64,000 nt of DNA from an uncultured Lachnospiraceae bacterium (GCA_965645705.1 CBFFWQ010000011.1:1-64000), one strand, 5' to 3'; positions 21,449 through 32,946 are shown, counted from the first letter of the stretch. Notes: a model not told the origin generated them from the sequence alone. Numbers and translations are program-made.

Positions 21449-22030
21449 CTATAAAGGATTCTCTGAATCCTTTTGCACATAACACTGCTCGCACTTACGA
21501 ATCAATTTGTTTCCTTCAAAATCCAATTCTATGATATAAGGCATCCAATTAAGAATTCTTAAAAAATCCGCACAACCAAAGTTGTTATCATAAAAATTCA
21601 ATATTGAACTAAGAGCAGTACCATGCGTTCCAACAACAATTTCTTTCTCTGGATTCTCTAATAAAATCTTATGCAATACTTCTATACTACGTTTCTGAAC
21701 CATAGCAATAGACTCTCCACCATCTTCATGATAATCATGATTAGCCCATCGTTTTTGATACATTCCAGGCTTATGACCATTAGAACCCCCTTCTCGTTCT
21801 CTTAAATGTTCCCCTATGATAATCTCTTTTTCAAAAAATGCTGCAGTACTTGCAATAGTATCTATGCTCCGTCTATAAGGACTACAATAAAAAACATCTA
21901 CAGTTCTATCTTTGAAAAATTCAAGTACCATAGCAGAATCCTTTTTACCTTCTTCCGTCAATGGTCTTGTCCTTGTTTCTCTCCAAGAACATTCTGGTTG
22001 TGCATGACGCACAAAAAACACTTTTGTCAT
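21449..22030 (-). CDS. Histidine phosphatase superfamily (phosphoglycerate-mutase-like) protein
   Basis: VFFVRHAQ (RHG-type motif), CSPYRRSIDT and GTHGTAL. Start trimmed to ATG 22030 with GGAGG SD. Confidence 0.65.
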   Translation of the reverse strand: MTKVFFVRHAQPECSWRETRTRPLTEEGKKDSAMVLEFFKDRTVDVFYCSPYRRSIDTIASTAAFFEKEIIIGEHLREREGGSNGHKPGMYQKRWANHDYHEDGGESIAMVQKRSIEVLHKILLENPEKEIVVGTHGTALSSILNFYDNNFGCADFLRILNWMPYIIELDFEGNKLIRKCEQCYVQKDSENPL

Positions 22031-22144
22031 AGCATCCTCCAAAACTACCTATAAAAGCAAAAGCCACGACAAATGAAATCCCCCAATGAATACACTGAAA
22101 AAATTTCATTTGTCGTGGCTTCTACCACAAAAACTGCCTAAAAA

Positions 22145-23074
22145 CTACCGAACACTGCCATTCATCATCATCGCATACTCGGTAGGGCTGTAACACTGCA
22201 TATACCCATTTTCGTCAAGTCTACAAACCATAAAGCCAGATGCATTAACAACATTCATTAAATACTCCAAATTATAATTTGCCTGAGCAAGTGGTGCTTC
22301 CAAAGAAGCCTTATACTCTTCCAAGGACTGCTGGTAAGCTGTTAAATTTGCTGAATCCTGTGCAAGTTTCAACTCACGCTCATACAAATTCTGATTGTAC
22401 TCCGCAATACCCTGTTCCTGCTGAACTACGCTCTGCTCTCTTGCAATAACACTCTGTTCACGATAAGCTACCTCTTGCTCTCTTTGCATAATCGCATACA
22501 AGGCACTATTTGGATCAACACCTTCCATACTATCGGCTACTGGCGGAGCAACTGGTGGTGCAGCAGACGGAGCAGGAACTCCTTCGGTACTCTCAACAAA
22601 AGCTTCTACAGGTTCCGCAAGAGTTTCAGCACCAACAGACGCTGGAACTTCCTCAGTAGAGGCTTCTTCAACTGGAATTTCCTCATTAGGAACTTCAACT
22701 TTGCCATCGTCAACAGGAGCAGTCTCCTCTGCTTCACCTAAAGGTTCAACTTCTGCAATCGTAGGGATTTCTGCAACAGGAGGAACAATGCTCTCGCTAC
22801 TTTTCTCCTCAACAGCCTCCTCTGCTTCCTTTGCAGGTTCTGGAACACTGACAGGTGCAACAGGTGGTTTTGGAATACCATTAGGAACAACGGGTACTTT
22901 CGGTACACCCATAGGTGATTTCGGTACACCGACTGGAGGCTTAGGTAATGCACCAGCTGGAGCTATTGGTGGCTTTGGAACACCCATAGGCGGTTTTGGC
23001 ATACCGTTAGGAGCAACTGGTGGCACACTACTACCAGAAACAACACTATTTTCTACAATCACTTTTTCATCCAT
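22145..23074 (-). CDS. Proline-rich repeat protein (several G(V/M)PKPP repeats, acidic linker, Q/E-rich coiled-coil C-terminus)
   Basis: Repeat structure in the translation. Confidence 0.4.
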   Translation of the reverse strand: MDEKVIVENSVVSGSSVPPVAPNGMPKPPMGVPKPPIAPAGALPKPPVGVPKSPMGVPKVPVVPNGIPKPPVAPVSVPEPAKEAEEAVEEKSSESIVPPVAEIPTIAEVEPLGEAEETAPVDDGKVEVPNEEIPVEEASTEEVPASVGAETLAEPVEAFVESTEGVPAPSAAPPVAPPVADSMEGVDPNSALYAIMQREQEVAYREQSVIAREQSVVQQEQGIAEYNQNLYERELKLAQDSANLTAYQQSLEEYKASLEAPLAQANYNLEYLMNVVNASGFMVCRLDENGYMQCYSPTEYAMMMNGSVR

Positions 23075-23725
23075 CTTTACTTAATCTCCTTTCAAGGATA
23101 CTGAATTTTTATTATCGGCATAGTATTGTTTATTACATAAAAATTTATTGTTTTCATGCTATTAAAAACAACAGAATTTTTAAGCAATAAATGCAATAAA
23201 AAAGCAGTGATTTAATAACTGCCTAAAATAACTAGTCCAATCAAGCACTAATTACTACCATACACCACTGTATACGCTCTAATGTAAAACTGATACAATT
23301 TTTTACTGCTTTCAAAAATCTAGCTAAAAGTGCTAAAAACTAGCACCATGAATTACACCATACGGAAAAGTCTGATCTAAAGGGTGAAAGCTTAAGTACA
23401 AAATACTAACTTGCTATACCACTCTAATACTTACCAAAATTATATAAAAATGAAGATGCTCTACATCACTACTGTATACGAAATAAAATTGCTATCCAAA
23501 TTTAGAAAAATTCCTGATTCAGAAAAAAAATTTCACCTATAATACGTACAAGCTTAGAAATAAGTTGATAAATCCATAAACAACACTCGAATAAATACAC
23601 CAAGCTGTAACAAATCTAAAGTGATGCAGATGCTTCATTTTCTAAAGAGTTTCATTCTTACTAAATCTAAAAAATAAATAAGATGCTGTAAAGTAACAAA
23701 TAATATCACTTTACAACATCTTATT

Positions 23726-24322
23726 TTAATTTAGTTCTCTCTTTGTCATATTATTAAATTCTGTCAATGCCAGAATATCTTCAAACTTCCAATCTGCACA
23801 TTCATCGTAAAAAGCTTGTTCCTTTCGCTTCTTAAAAATACGAAATGGTTTACGACTTGAGTTATCATAGATATGACAAACATCACAAATCTTTACAAGA
23901 ACTTTTATCAAGTCTAATGCTTTATCGTATCTTGCAATTATCTTTTCATCAGGTACATCATGACCGCCAGACGCAACCCTTGATTTCACACGCAAAACAT
24001 TAATCATAGGGTCTACTGTCAAAATATAGTAACAACGCACAAAGTATCCTTTTTCTTTTGCCTTTTCTAACAACTTCAAATTTCGTTCCGTGGATAATAC
24101 TGTTTCAAAACAAAACTCATACATTTGCTCAACGTGATTTTCTCGTTGTTCTTCTGCAAGCTGAGCTGCTTCTAAATCAGAACACTTTAAATTCTTCTTA
24201 ATTTCATCAGCATTAATATAATCCATCATTGAAGGCTTTAATAATTCAGTGAATGTGCTTTTCCCAGAACCATTAGGACCAGCAAAAACAACAATTTCAG
24301 GTTTTTTTTGCAATCCGTTCAC
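23726..24322 (-). CDS. Zeta-toxin-like / COG4185 P-loop kinase
   Basis: VVFAGPNGSGKSTF Walker A. Size and layout resemble zeta/PezT-family kinases. Confidence 0.5.
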   Translation of the reverse strand: MNGLQKKPEIVVFAGPNGSGKSTFTELLKPSMMDYINADEIKKNLKCSDLEAAQLAEEQRENHVEQMYEFCFETVLSTERNLKLLEKAKEKGYFVRCYYILTVDPMINVLRVKSRVASGGHDVPDEKIIARYDKALDLIKVLVKICDVCHIYDNSSRKPFRIFKKRKEQAFYDECADWKFEDILALTEFNNMTKRELN

Positions 24323-24515
24323 TGTAACGCCCCTTTCGCATCCTCTCTACAATCACTTGTGTTCCGTCACTATTTTTCTGATATATCTTTTTTGTTTTCC
24401 TATTATATACATAAACTGGAGCATCTAAAGCTTCTTTTTTCTCTAATTCTATCTTTACTGCCTTATTCGCAAGTTTTACTACCATTTCGTCAGGAATATA
24501 GTCCTCTCGTTTCAT
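24297..24515 (-). CDS. Small protein overlapping the zeta-like gene start by 26 nt (candidate antitoxin)
   Basis: Translational coupling. 72 aa. Confidence 0.3.
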   Translation of the reverse strand: MKREDYIPDEMVVKLANKAVKIELEKKEALDAPVYVYNRKTKKIYQKNSDGTQVIVERMRKGRYSERIAKKT

Positions 24516-24745
24516 ACTACAGATATACCTCCTTTCTAATAATCACAAGAATTCAAATTTCATCATTTATTCTATCACAAGAGTATACTAAATTTCAATA
24601 GCAAATTATGTACCAAAAACATAGTGGCTATTACACCACTATGTCAACACTAAGGAGAACACACTATACGTTCTATCCCATGAGGATTACAAAAGTAATA
24701 CTGACCTAAAGAGCTGTACAAAAATTCATACTTTTGATAAATCAA

Positions 24746-25105
24746 TTAATACAATTCTTTCTTTCGTATCTTCTTCAATTCGTCTTTCTTCCTATTTAAA
24801 TGGCGTTCACGTACACGTGGACGATACTTGTCGCACTTTTGACAATAGTGAGCATGATCGGCTTCTCTACCTTTTTTACAAGTACCAGCACATACATAAA
24901 ACAAACACGGAGTTATACGATCCTTAGCCATAATAAAATCACCATCCTTAAACAACCCTGCCCTAAAGGCATTCAGTTCACCATTACGAGCAAAATACAA
25001 AGATAACTTCTCTATCAACCACTTGCTACAAAGTTTGGCACTCTGCATCGCACTCGGATCACAAACAATTGAGGAAATGAAACAAATCCAAAAGGAGCAA
25101 AACAA
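24746..25105 (-). CDS. Cys/His-rich hypothetical protein (CxxC...HxxC)
   Basis: ORF only. Confidence 0.3.
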   Translation of the reverse strand: MFCSFWICFISSIVCDPSAMQSAKLCSKWLIEKLSLYFARNGELNAFRAGLFKDGDFIMAKDRITPCLFYVCAGTCKKGREADHAHYCQKCDKYRPRVRERHLNRKKDELKKIRKKELY

Positions 25106-25700
25106 TCAACAACCGCACGAGCATGACTCAAATGCTCATAGTTCAGCACGCCTTCATCAAATAACCACACATCCCTACCTTTAAAATCTGCTGCCCTAAC
25201 ACTGGATAACGATTCCGCATCAAGCAAATTAAAATCTAACTGATCTAAAGAAAGGTCGTACCTTGCTCACACACTGCAATTAAACCATCATCTACAACAA
25301 TAGACGAAGTATAATGCTCTAGATCTTGTAAATCATCAAAAGTCAACTTTATCATAATACAATGACACCTACCTTTTTATCTACAGACACCAATACTCCG
25401 TACCACCTACTGCACGCTGGACTTCAGAAGAAGATAAATCAAATAATGTAGCTACAAAATCTATTTGATCGTCTATAAACTGCTGTGAATAAATACCACT
25501 TTCCTTACTACTCCTTAATTGCTTAATACAATCATCTAAGGTTTTGGTTTGTTTTAATAACTCTGGCTGCTTCTTTTCAGCATATCGTTCATAATTACTC
25601 ATAAATACCTGCCTTTCTTTCTATGACCTAAAGGAATCCGTGGAAACAGATTTCGTTTATCTTAAAGTATCCTGTAACCAATACTGCCATAGCAGTACCA

Positions 25701-26198
25701 TTAATCGACTGCCCACCAATAATCAAATACCTTCTTGTACTGGCTACCATTATGCAATCCTCGCTTGTACCGTCTGACAGACTTATTTGCTACACGCTTA
25801 TAATACTGATACGCATTACCGTCATGATTCCCACGATACAAACGAACATAGCGTGGATTACGCAAAGGAATACGCTTACGACACCAAAAATCAAGAAAGA
25901 TTTCTTCTTTATAATAAGCTGGTGATGGATACCGATGAACATTATCTGCCAAAAACCTAAGATGCCTTCTATACGCAAAAAGACGTTCCCTTTTCGTTCG
26001 TTTGCTTGGCTTTGAATGCGGCTTAATCTGCGTTGCTTCCTTAGTCGCATCGGAACACTGACCCATCTGCCACAATGCTCCACCTACTTTTTCACACCAA
26101 CAAGACTGCTCACACGCAAGTAAAATAATCTCGTCTGCAATACCATTTGTTTTGCATTCAAATTCTTTTCGAATAAAAGAACACTCACGACACTGCAT
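25701..26198 (-). CDS. Basic, Cys-rich hypothetical protein (putative Zn-binding)
   Basis: ORF only. Confidence 0.3.
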   Translation of the reverse strand: MQCRECSFIRKEFECKTNGIADEIILLACEQSCWCEKVGGALWQMGQCSDATKEATQIKPHSKPSKRTKRERLFAYRRHLRFLADNVHRYPSPAYYKEEIFLDFWCRKRIPLRNPRYVRLYRGNHDGNAYQYYKRVANKSVRRYKRGLHNGSQYKKVFDYWWAVD

Positions 26199-26295
26199 AA
26201 CAACGCCCCTTTCTTAATGGAATAAATAAAGCTATTGCTGACTTTCATCAATAATAGCTAACACTTATTACGCAATACAAATTTACATACAAAAC

Positions 26296-26907
26296 CTATT
26301 TCTTTAAAAAAGCAAAGCAGGATTCCGCACCATTTTCAACTGACGAATTGTCTGATCCTATCTTATCAAGCAATGAACACAAATCTAAAGATTGGTGCTC
26401 TAAATCATAATTTGTTATCCTTTTGAAATATGCTTCATAGGATTCAGAATTAAAGGATTCTATTACTATATCACCATTAGTATGATGAGCATAATTACAA
26501 TGATGTAAAAAATCATTGCCAAGTAAAGAATCTTGCGACTTTTCATTTGGCACAAGAAAAAAATAAAATCATTTGATAATCTTTTTGTCTAATAGAACAT
26601 TATTTAAATGACATAGGTATCCAGTAATCTGATCACCAGAAGCTGATCTTGGTTCTACTCTTAAACAAGAAGAATTCTTTAATTGATTAATAATCTCATC
26701 TTTATGTTTCATATATTCATGATGACGTAAAAACTCTTTTAAAGTAATGATAGTTTTGCTCGCACCTGTATCAAAAAACATTTGTACATCATTAAAATTT
26801 TCCTGAAATGATAACAAAACATCATAAGCATTATAAGGTTTATTGTATTTTACAATACACTGTTGCAATGAATTCACCACCTTTCGACAGAATACAAGCC
26901 TTACCAC
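26296..26907 (-). pseudogene. Retropepsin-like (clan AA) aspartic peptidase paralog split into two ORFs (26569..26907 with FFDTGAS and 26296..26553 with LLGNDFL)
   Basis: D(T/S)GA active-site motif and downstream GRD-like motif lie in separate frames 16 nt apart. Paralog of 34190..34774. Confidence 0.4.
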
Positions 26908-27251
26908 ACAAGAAGTGATCGTGGCGATAATCCATAAGTCATATTACAATCCTTTTCTCTATAATTTTTTTCATCGAATGCTTTATCAAGTGCAGAATAA
27001 GAACTCTCAGTAGTGTTAAGAGATACCGCATAAACCAGACAATCACCATTCTCATCATCACGAGTTAATATACAAAGTCTCTTTTTAATTGCACAAACCC
27101 AATCACTACGATTAACTTTAAGTGGAATCTTAAAAAATACTACCTCATTCTTTATTAAGCAATTTTCTTTTGGAATATCAAATACGCCGTCTTCTCCCAT
27201 TTCTAAATATAAATAATCCATAGCTATATCACCTTCCTTTAAATTTTGCAA
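26901..27251 (-). CDS. Hypothetical protein
   Basis: ORF only. Confidence 0.3.
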   Translation of the reverse strand: MQNLKEGDIAMDYLYLEMGEDGVFDIPKENCLIKNEVVFFKIPLKVNRSDWVCAIKKRLCILTRDDENGDCLVYAVSLNTTESSYSALDKAFDEKNYREKDCNMTYGLSPRSLLVW

Positions 27252-27465
27252 TCAAGCATAAAGTAACAATACTATCTCGATTTGCTTATAAATACAAATA
27301 GTACAAAATTTTAACAATAATAGTATAACAAAATCTAAAGCGAAAATCAATTAAATTTACTTAAGAAATCTGACAACTTTAATCATAACCTATAATAAAG
27401 CTATTACTGACTTTCATCAATAATAGCTAAACAGAAAACAATAAACACATAATAAGCACTCATTA

Positions 27466-28095
27466 CTATTTAATAAAGTTTCGTATTTCTTCCACACAAA
27501 TCTCTAAATCCTGATTTTTAAACTTCCGTATAATTTCAGCACGATTCAGATTCTCTAAAGAAAAAGCTTCTTCATCTGCTAAAAATCTACGGCATACCTC
27601 AGCATAAGCAGGCTGTCGCTGTAGTCGTTCCCTCTGTATTGCACGTTCCAAGCGTGCACCATCTTCTATTTCAATATAAATAGGTATAACACACTGCTTA
27701 AGCCAATTCTCTATACATACAACTGATGAAGCACTAATAAGCTTTTTACGGTAATACGCCTTGATGCTTTCGTAAACTTCCAATGTTCCAATTAACAAAT
27801 ACTTCTCGTCACCATTCATAATAATTTGCCCATCATCAGCAGTAAAATACGTCCAATCACCATGAATAGTATGATACACACGTGACTCAATAATTCTTTT
27901 TTCTTTCTGCATCTCAATAAACTTTTCTTGCGATACAAAGTAATACTGCTCACCGTTCACTTCGCCCTCTCTTTTTGGACGTGTAGTATAAGGTATTACC
28001 GTTTTGAATCTAAAGGAACTATCCTGTTTTAATCTTTGAAAAATAGTATCCTTACCACTTGCACTTTTCCCCATAACAAGATATAATACTGACAT
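27466..28095 (-). CDS. gmk: Guanylate kinase-like protein (divergent C-terminal half)
   Basis: GKSASGKDT P-loop and TTRPKREGEVNGEQYYFVSQEKFIEM, matching E. coli Gmk [26 protein letters not shown]. Start trimmed to ATG 28095 with GGGAG SD. Confidence 0.65.
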   Translation of the reverse strand: MSVLYLVMGKSASGKDTIFQRLKQDSSFRFKTVIPYTTRPKREGEVNGEQYYFVSQEKFIEMQKEKRIIESRVYHTIHGDWTYFTADDGQIIMNGDEKYLLIGTLEVYESIKAYYRKKLISASSVVCIENWLKQCVIPIYIEIEDGARLERAIQRERLQRQPAYAEVCRRFLADEEAFSLENLNRAEIIRKFKNQDLEICVEEIRNFIK

Positions 28096-28173
28096 AAACA
28101 TCTCCCTTTCATTGTACTCACAAACTTTAACCTGCAACGCTAACTAACTCGCTAATAATACACAAAATAGGTT

Positions 28174-28698
28174 TTACCACACACTTACCAATCTCAAAAA
28201 ACTTGCTCTATTTAAGGCATGATCTAAAGGAACATTAAAGAATGAGGCAACCTTTTTCATTGCAACCTTACCATCAACTGTATTTTCTTCCACAATACTT
28301 TTAAACTTTTCCTCTGGCATTAATAATTCATACGTAAAGTCCTTTAAAATTTTCTCATTAGGAGAAGTATCCATCATAAGTTTGACTAGATCGCCAGAGA
28401 AAACATTAATTAAAGATACATGCTCGATATAATTTGTATACAAAAACAAATGAGATAATTCATACCCTACACAATAGGTTAATTTGTTTTCAACATCATA
28501 AACAGACATTGGTAGCTTAATTGTAAAAATAGAATTATCTGTTAACACAAGTTCGCTATTTCCAATTGAAATCTCGCATTCAAGTGTACCACCTAATTTC
28601 TTTACTAAACTTTTCACATCACTTATCGGTCGAATTATTTCGTAGATTTTTGCAATCCTATCTACAACCTCTTTTAATTCATCCGTATACCTGCACAT
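28174..28698 (-). CDS. ImmA/IrrE-family metallopeptidase-like protein
   Basis: GYELSHLFLY (HExxH-like) and LLMPEEKF helix typical of the family. Confidence 0.5.
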   Translation of the reverse strand: MCRYTDELKEVVDRIAKIYEIIRPISDVKSLVKKLGGTLECEISIGNSELVLTDNSIFTIKLPMSVYDVENKLTYCVGYELSHLFLYTNYIEHVSLINVFSGDLVKLMMDTSPNEKILKDFTYELLMPEEKFKSIVEENTVDGKVAMKKVASFFNVPLDHALNRASFLRLVSVW

Positions 28699-28889
28699 AA
28701 TAGTCCCTGCCTTTCATAATAAGGAATAGCGATCACAACTTGTATTTTAATCTACTAAATAAAATTAAACACCACTAGGAATCCGCAACCAGAACGAACC
28801 TAAAGAATCTATTACTTGCATCTCTGCAAGTAATAGAACACACTAACATAACCTCTACTTGACTGAATAATCAACACTATCTTCTACTA

Positions 28890-30420
28890 CCAAATCTAAA
28901 GTTTGCACACTGGACAAACTTTGATACAACTGTCTCATGTCCATCTACTCTATCTTTGCCTACTCTGATTCTGATACCAGTACCATTTGCCCACAACCAT
29001 AAAGTACGATCATTCTTCCCTTCAAGCAGAAGCACACTCTTCTTGTTTCTTTTATTCACGTTGGCTTGTCACACTCTGCAATACCTCTCAGGAACTGTCA
29101 AAAATTAACTTTTAAATTTGAGGTTTGATAACATAGTTCCATTTTCCAAGTGTTTCACAGGGAAAAATGTTAATTCTAGCTAATTCGTCATCCGATATCT
29201 TGTGCCCGGTTTCATATACTTTCTCATCAAGCTGGCAGGTAATGGACAATCCTTTTTCTGTTGTTGTATTTGATATTAAACTGATTATTGTTTCAATATC
29301 AATCAATGGATGCCCCTGCCAATTTTTTGAAATATAACAGAACATCCTGTGTTCTATTTTGTTCCATTTTGATGTGCCGGGCGGATAATGGGAAACCATG
29401 ATCTCAAGTCCTGTATCATTGACCAACTGCTGTAATTCGTATTTCCAGTTGCGGCTATCGGAACCGTTGCTCCCACTACCATCACACGTGATATAAATTC
29501 GTTTTGCCGCAGGAAATGTATTTTTTCCAACAGCATTCCACCAACACGAAATACTGGTTACCGCAAATTCCGATGTGTCATGGCTGGTTCCGAGGTTCAC
29601 AAAACCAGTATTGTTATTGAGGACATAGACCCCGTAAGGTGCCACCTTTCCTAATTCAGGTATCGGGAAATCATGATCCAGTACTTTGCGAGGATTTTTT
29701 TCTTCTCTGTATTCTGCACCAGCGTTCTTGAAATTGCCAATGTTCTCTTTTTTCTTTGTGTCAACAGAAATAACTGGCTCCCCGTTCTCCAGATACTCGT
29801 GGGCAGTATGGTCAATCAATTCAAACTGTTTATTACGGTCTGGACTCGGTATGCCGACTTGTTCCATTTTTTGGTTCACCTGTTTGCTGTAGCCCATTTC
29901 TGCCAAAAGCTGTGATATCTTTTCATGACTTACCGTTATGGAATAATCCTCTTCGAGGATATCCCTGATTTGGCGGAGGCTGAGAGTAGATGCAACCCAG
30001 TGCAGTTCTCTGGAAGGATCGCCATATGTGCTGCCATCAATTATTTTTTCGATGGTCTCTGTGATGTTTGGATAGGTCTCCGTGATTGGTTTACGACCAG
30101 CACCTTCTTTGCGGATTCTGCTATCCGAAATAACCTCATCATTCTCGGAATCAGCCTTTCCAACAGTCAGGGTTGGATATGAGATGCCGGTTAATTCAAC
30201 AATGTGAGCCTTTCCACCGCTGCCATATACATCCGCAGCTTTACTCAAAAGGATCCGCTTACTTTTTTCATCTGATAACTTATTTATTAGCGAAACAAGT
30301 TCGTCAAATGAAGCTATATTTATAATATTCATGGCATACTGCTCCTTATCTAATCTATAAAAAGAGTATACTATAATATGCCATGATTTAAAAGTTATTT
30401 ATTGACAATTCCTCAGTAGC
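28890..30420 (-). mobile_element. ISAzo13-family insertion sequence, about 1.5 kb, visibly higher GC than its flanks
   Basis: Contains the transposase ORF. The compositional shift starts near 28890 and ends near 30400. Terminal IRs not resolved by eye. Confidence 0.55.
29112..30332 (-). CDS. ISAzo13-family DDE transposase
   Basis: 406 aa. Matches the Rhodopirellula-type DDE transposase layout (YPPGTSKWNKIEHRMF and other motifs). Confidence 0.75.
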   Translation of the reverse strand: MNIINIASFDELVSLINKLSDEKSKRILLSKAADVYGSGGKAHIVELTGISYPTLTVGKADSENDEVISDSRIRKEGAGRKPITETYPNITETIEKIIDGSTYGDPSRELHWVASTLSLRQIRDILEEDYSITVSHEKISQLLAEMGYSKQVNQKMEQVGIPSPDRNKQFELIDHTAHEYLENGEPVISVDTKKKENIGNFKNAGAEYREEKNPRKVLDHDFPIPELGKVAPYGVYVLNNNTGFVNLGTSHDTSEFAVTSISCWWNAVGKNTFPAAKRIYITCDGSGSNGSDSRNWKYELQQLVNDTGLEIMVSHYPPGTSKWNKIEHRMFCYISKNWQGHPLIDIETIISLISNTTTEKGLSITCQLDEKVYETGHKISDDELARINIFPCETLGKWNYVIKPQI

Positions 30421-30581
30421 ACTAAAATTTTTATAGCAGTTCACTCTTTTTAATAAAAAGAACACCAGCTTCTACACTGATGTTCTGTATCCACTTCAAC
30501 TTTCAGCTTCATAAGTACATGGAATTTTACTCCATGCAAGTACTTGCTTACCATGATTTAATTTTATAAGATTCATTACTA

Positions 30582-30842
30582 CTAAAATCCGATAATACAA
30601 TAGCCTGACATTAATCCCCACTCAGGAGCATCTCGAATTATATACCTAGCAATTCTTCGTGCCTTCCTGCCTGTATAATAACCGCTACCATTATTATCAG
30701 GAATCCATTCTTCGAGAATAAGAACATCGCCAACTTCTACACCATCCTCATCTTTTCGAAGTTCGAAATTCTTCTCACCAGCTGCTACCTTTTCGAAATA
30801 TTCTGACCAAGTCTTCTTTCTAATTTCCTTCATCACTATCAT
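30582..30842 (-). CDS. DUF3850 / ASCH-like small protein
   Basis: KTWSEYFEKVAAGEKNFELRKDEDGVEVGDVLILEEW...YTGR matches the DUF3850 signature. Confidence 0.6.
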   Translation of the reverse strand: MIVMKEIRKKTWSEYFEKVAAGEKNFELRKDEDGVEVGDVLILEEWIPDNNGSGYYTGRKARRIARYIIRDAPEWGLMSGYCIIGF

Positions 30843-31000
30843 CTACCTTTTATTTGTTCAGAAACTAAAGTACAATACTTCACCGCACCTGTAATACCAA
30901 ATTGTGATATTTTGCTCTGCACTATTTTACGAATTTTCTGCCTCACATACAAAGCAAACCTAAAGGCTAGTGAATACAACTAAGCACTCGCTTTTATCCA

Positions 31001-31396
31001 CTACGTAATAACTTCTTCTAACTTTCCTGTACAAGCAAAACAGGTCTTACACGTAATAGCGTGACCGCACGCATTGTTTTTTCTAAATGCACATTTCCCA
31101 ATTCGCTCTAACTCCAAGGGTGTTATTTTAGAAATATGCAAGCCCATAAAATACGCATCATCATGCTTGGATTTATAAATCCAAACAAATTCTTTATTGA
31201 TAGGACTCTCTTTATAATAATAAATCTTTTTTGAATCACACAACTCATCTACAACTCGACAAGCCTTTCTTTCAGCTTTGTAAGTTCCATCTTTCTCTAA
31301 TTCAAGAACAGTCAATTTAGTACCACACAAAGGACAAAATTTGAAATTCTTTTTTCCTGTCTTATAGCCACAATTACATAATTTCTGCATTAGCAA
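31001..31396 (-). CDS. Zn-ribbon hypothetical protein
   Basis: CxxC...CxxC at both ends. Confidence 0.3.
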   Translation of the reverse strand: MLMQKLCNCGYKTGKKNFKFCPLCGTKLTVLELEKDGTYKAERKACRVVDELCDSKKIYYYKESPINKEFVWIYKSKHDDAYFMGLHISKITPLELERIGKCAFRKNNACGHAITCKTCFACTGKLEEVIT

Positions 31397-32897
31397 TCAC
31401 AGTCCTCCTTATTCTTTGCCTTCTTTTAAATCTTTCTACCAAAGTATAACCTGGCTCTAAAATCATACAATACTTCCGAGCTAAAGTTCTTGCATTCTCT
31501 GATGCCTGTTGTCCTTGTGGCAATCTTCTGGAATAAGTGCCAACGTTAATAATTTTTGTTAGCTCTATCGTTCTTGGGGTAAATTTTGATTTTACCTGAT
31601 CATAATTCCACCAAATAGGCTCACTATAGTAAAGATTTTCATCTTCAAAATAAGTAGAAATCCTTTCTATCATAGTTGCTATTTCTGCTTTAAGAACATC
31701 CTCTCCACTCAATAACGCAACACGCTCCAGTCCAGCAATCATTCTTTCTTTCAAGCCGAGCCAACACAAAAGACCTAAAGTTAATGAAAAATCAATCTCG
31801 TACATAAATGTCATGAAACTTGTCTCTAAGTCCTCTATGTTTAAAACTAAATCACGATAGCATTGTCCTCGCAAACAATACCTAACAATTATATAATGCA
31901 ATCCTTCCCTATGAACTTCTCGTAACGCAACTTCTGTGATTTTGTCAAAAGGCTTTTGAAAGTGTAATATAACACCTTCCTCTCTCACAAATAACTTCCG
32001 ATACTTTAAAACATCTACTCCAGTCCCCTGCACAATTACATTCACTGCACCATTGATGATACTCTCTTCTAAGCGATTCTCTCTTTCTATACTTAAAAAA
32101 TGCAAACATACATTAGCCTGCATTCCTGGGTTAAAAAGATTCTCTATAGCACTATAAACACTAGCGGTCATTATCGTGTTAAAATCTATAACTTTTACAT
32201 TTTCCTTCATTGTTTTTACAAGATCTTCCACAAAACCCTCAGAATTCAAAATACTAAGAACATTCCGTACTGCTCTGACATCTTTCTGACGAACAGGATA
32301 ATAATTTCTTGGAGTTTTGAAATCTAATTCAGATAATAGCACAATCATTTCCAACAGAGTCACATCTGCTTGCTGAAATAAAGAAACTCGATCACCCTGC
32401 CAACCTCCTGACTGCATCCCACGTTGATACCACTCTACAATAAGTAAGTGTAAAATTGCACAATTGGAATACAACGCACTATTATGTGAACAATACTTCA
32501 AGCAAAACCTACGAAGCATTCTACAATAAACTTCTTCTGACACTTCTGTGCAAAAATTATCTAAAGCAGTCATCAACGAACCTGTTAAATCAGGTACTTT
32601 TTGCTTACTTAAAAAAACCAAAAAGGTGCTTACCAAATCGTAATACTTCGTAGCACTTTTTCCACACAATAATATTTGCCCCATATCTTCCCAAATTTTT
32701 TCAGAATTAGAGGAGCAAATAGCATACAAGGGTAATAAAACTGCTCGCAATTTTGCATCCATTTCTTTTCTATAAAGATCACTTGGTAACTCTGAACCAC
32801 TTTGTGCTTCCTTTACGCTTGTAGTAAGCACACTGCCAAAGAACTCATACAAAGTCATAATAATCAACCTCCTGTCACTAAAATAGAGCAATGGCAT
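31374..32897 (-). CDS. Hypothetical 507-aa protein
   Basis: ORF only. Confidence 0.35.
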   Translation of the reverse strand: MPLLYFSDRRLIIMTLYEFFGSVLTTSVKEAQSGSELPSDLYRKEMDAKLRAVLLPLYAICSSNSEKIWEDMGQILLCGKSATKYYDLVSTFLVFLSKQKVPDLTGSLMTALDNFCTEVSEEVYCRMLRRFCLKYCSHNSALYSNCAILHLLIVEWYQRGMQSGGWQGDRVSLFQQADVTLLEMIVLLSELDFKTPRNYYPVRQKDVRAVRNVLSILNSEGFVEDLVKTMKENVKVIDFNTIMTASVYSAIENLFNPGMQANVCLHFLSIERENRLEESIINGAVNVIVQGTGVDVLKYRKLFVREEGVILHFQKPFDKITEVALREVHREGLHYIIVRYCLRGQCYRDLVLNIEDLETSFMTFMYEIDFSLTLGLLCWLGLKERMIAGLERVALLSGEDVLKAEIATMIERISTYFEDENLYYSEPIWWNYDQVKSKFTPRTIELTKIINVGTYSRRLPQGQQASENARTLARKYCMILEPGYTLVERFKRRQRIRRTVIANAEIM

Positions 32898-32946
32898 TCT
32901 CTACCATTGCTCTATACAATAATCTTTTTATTATGCTACTATCTCT

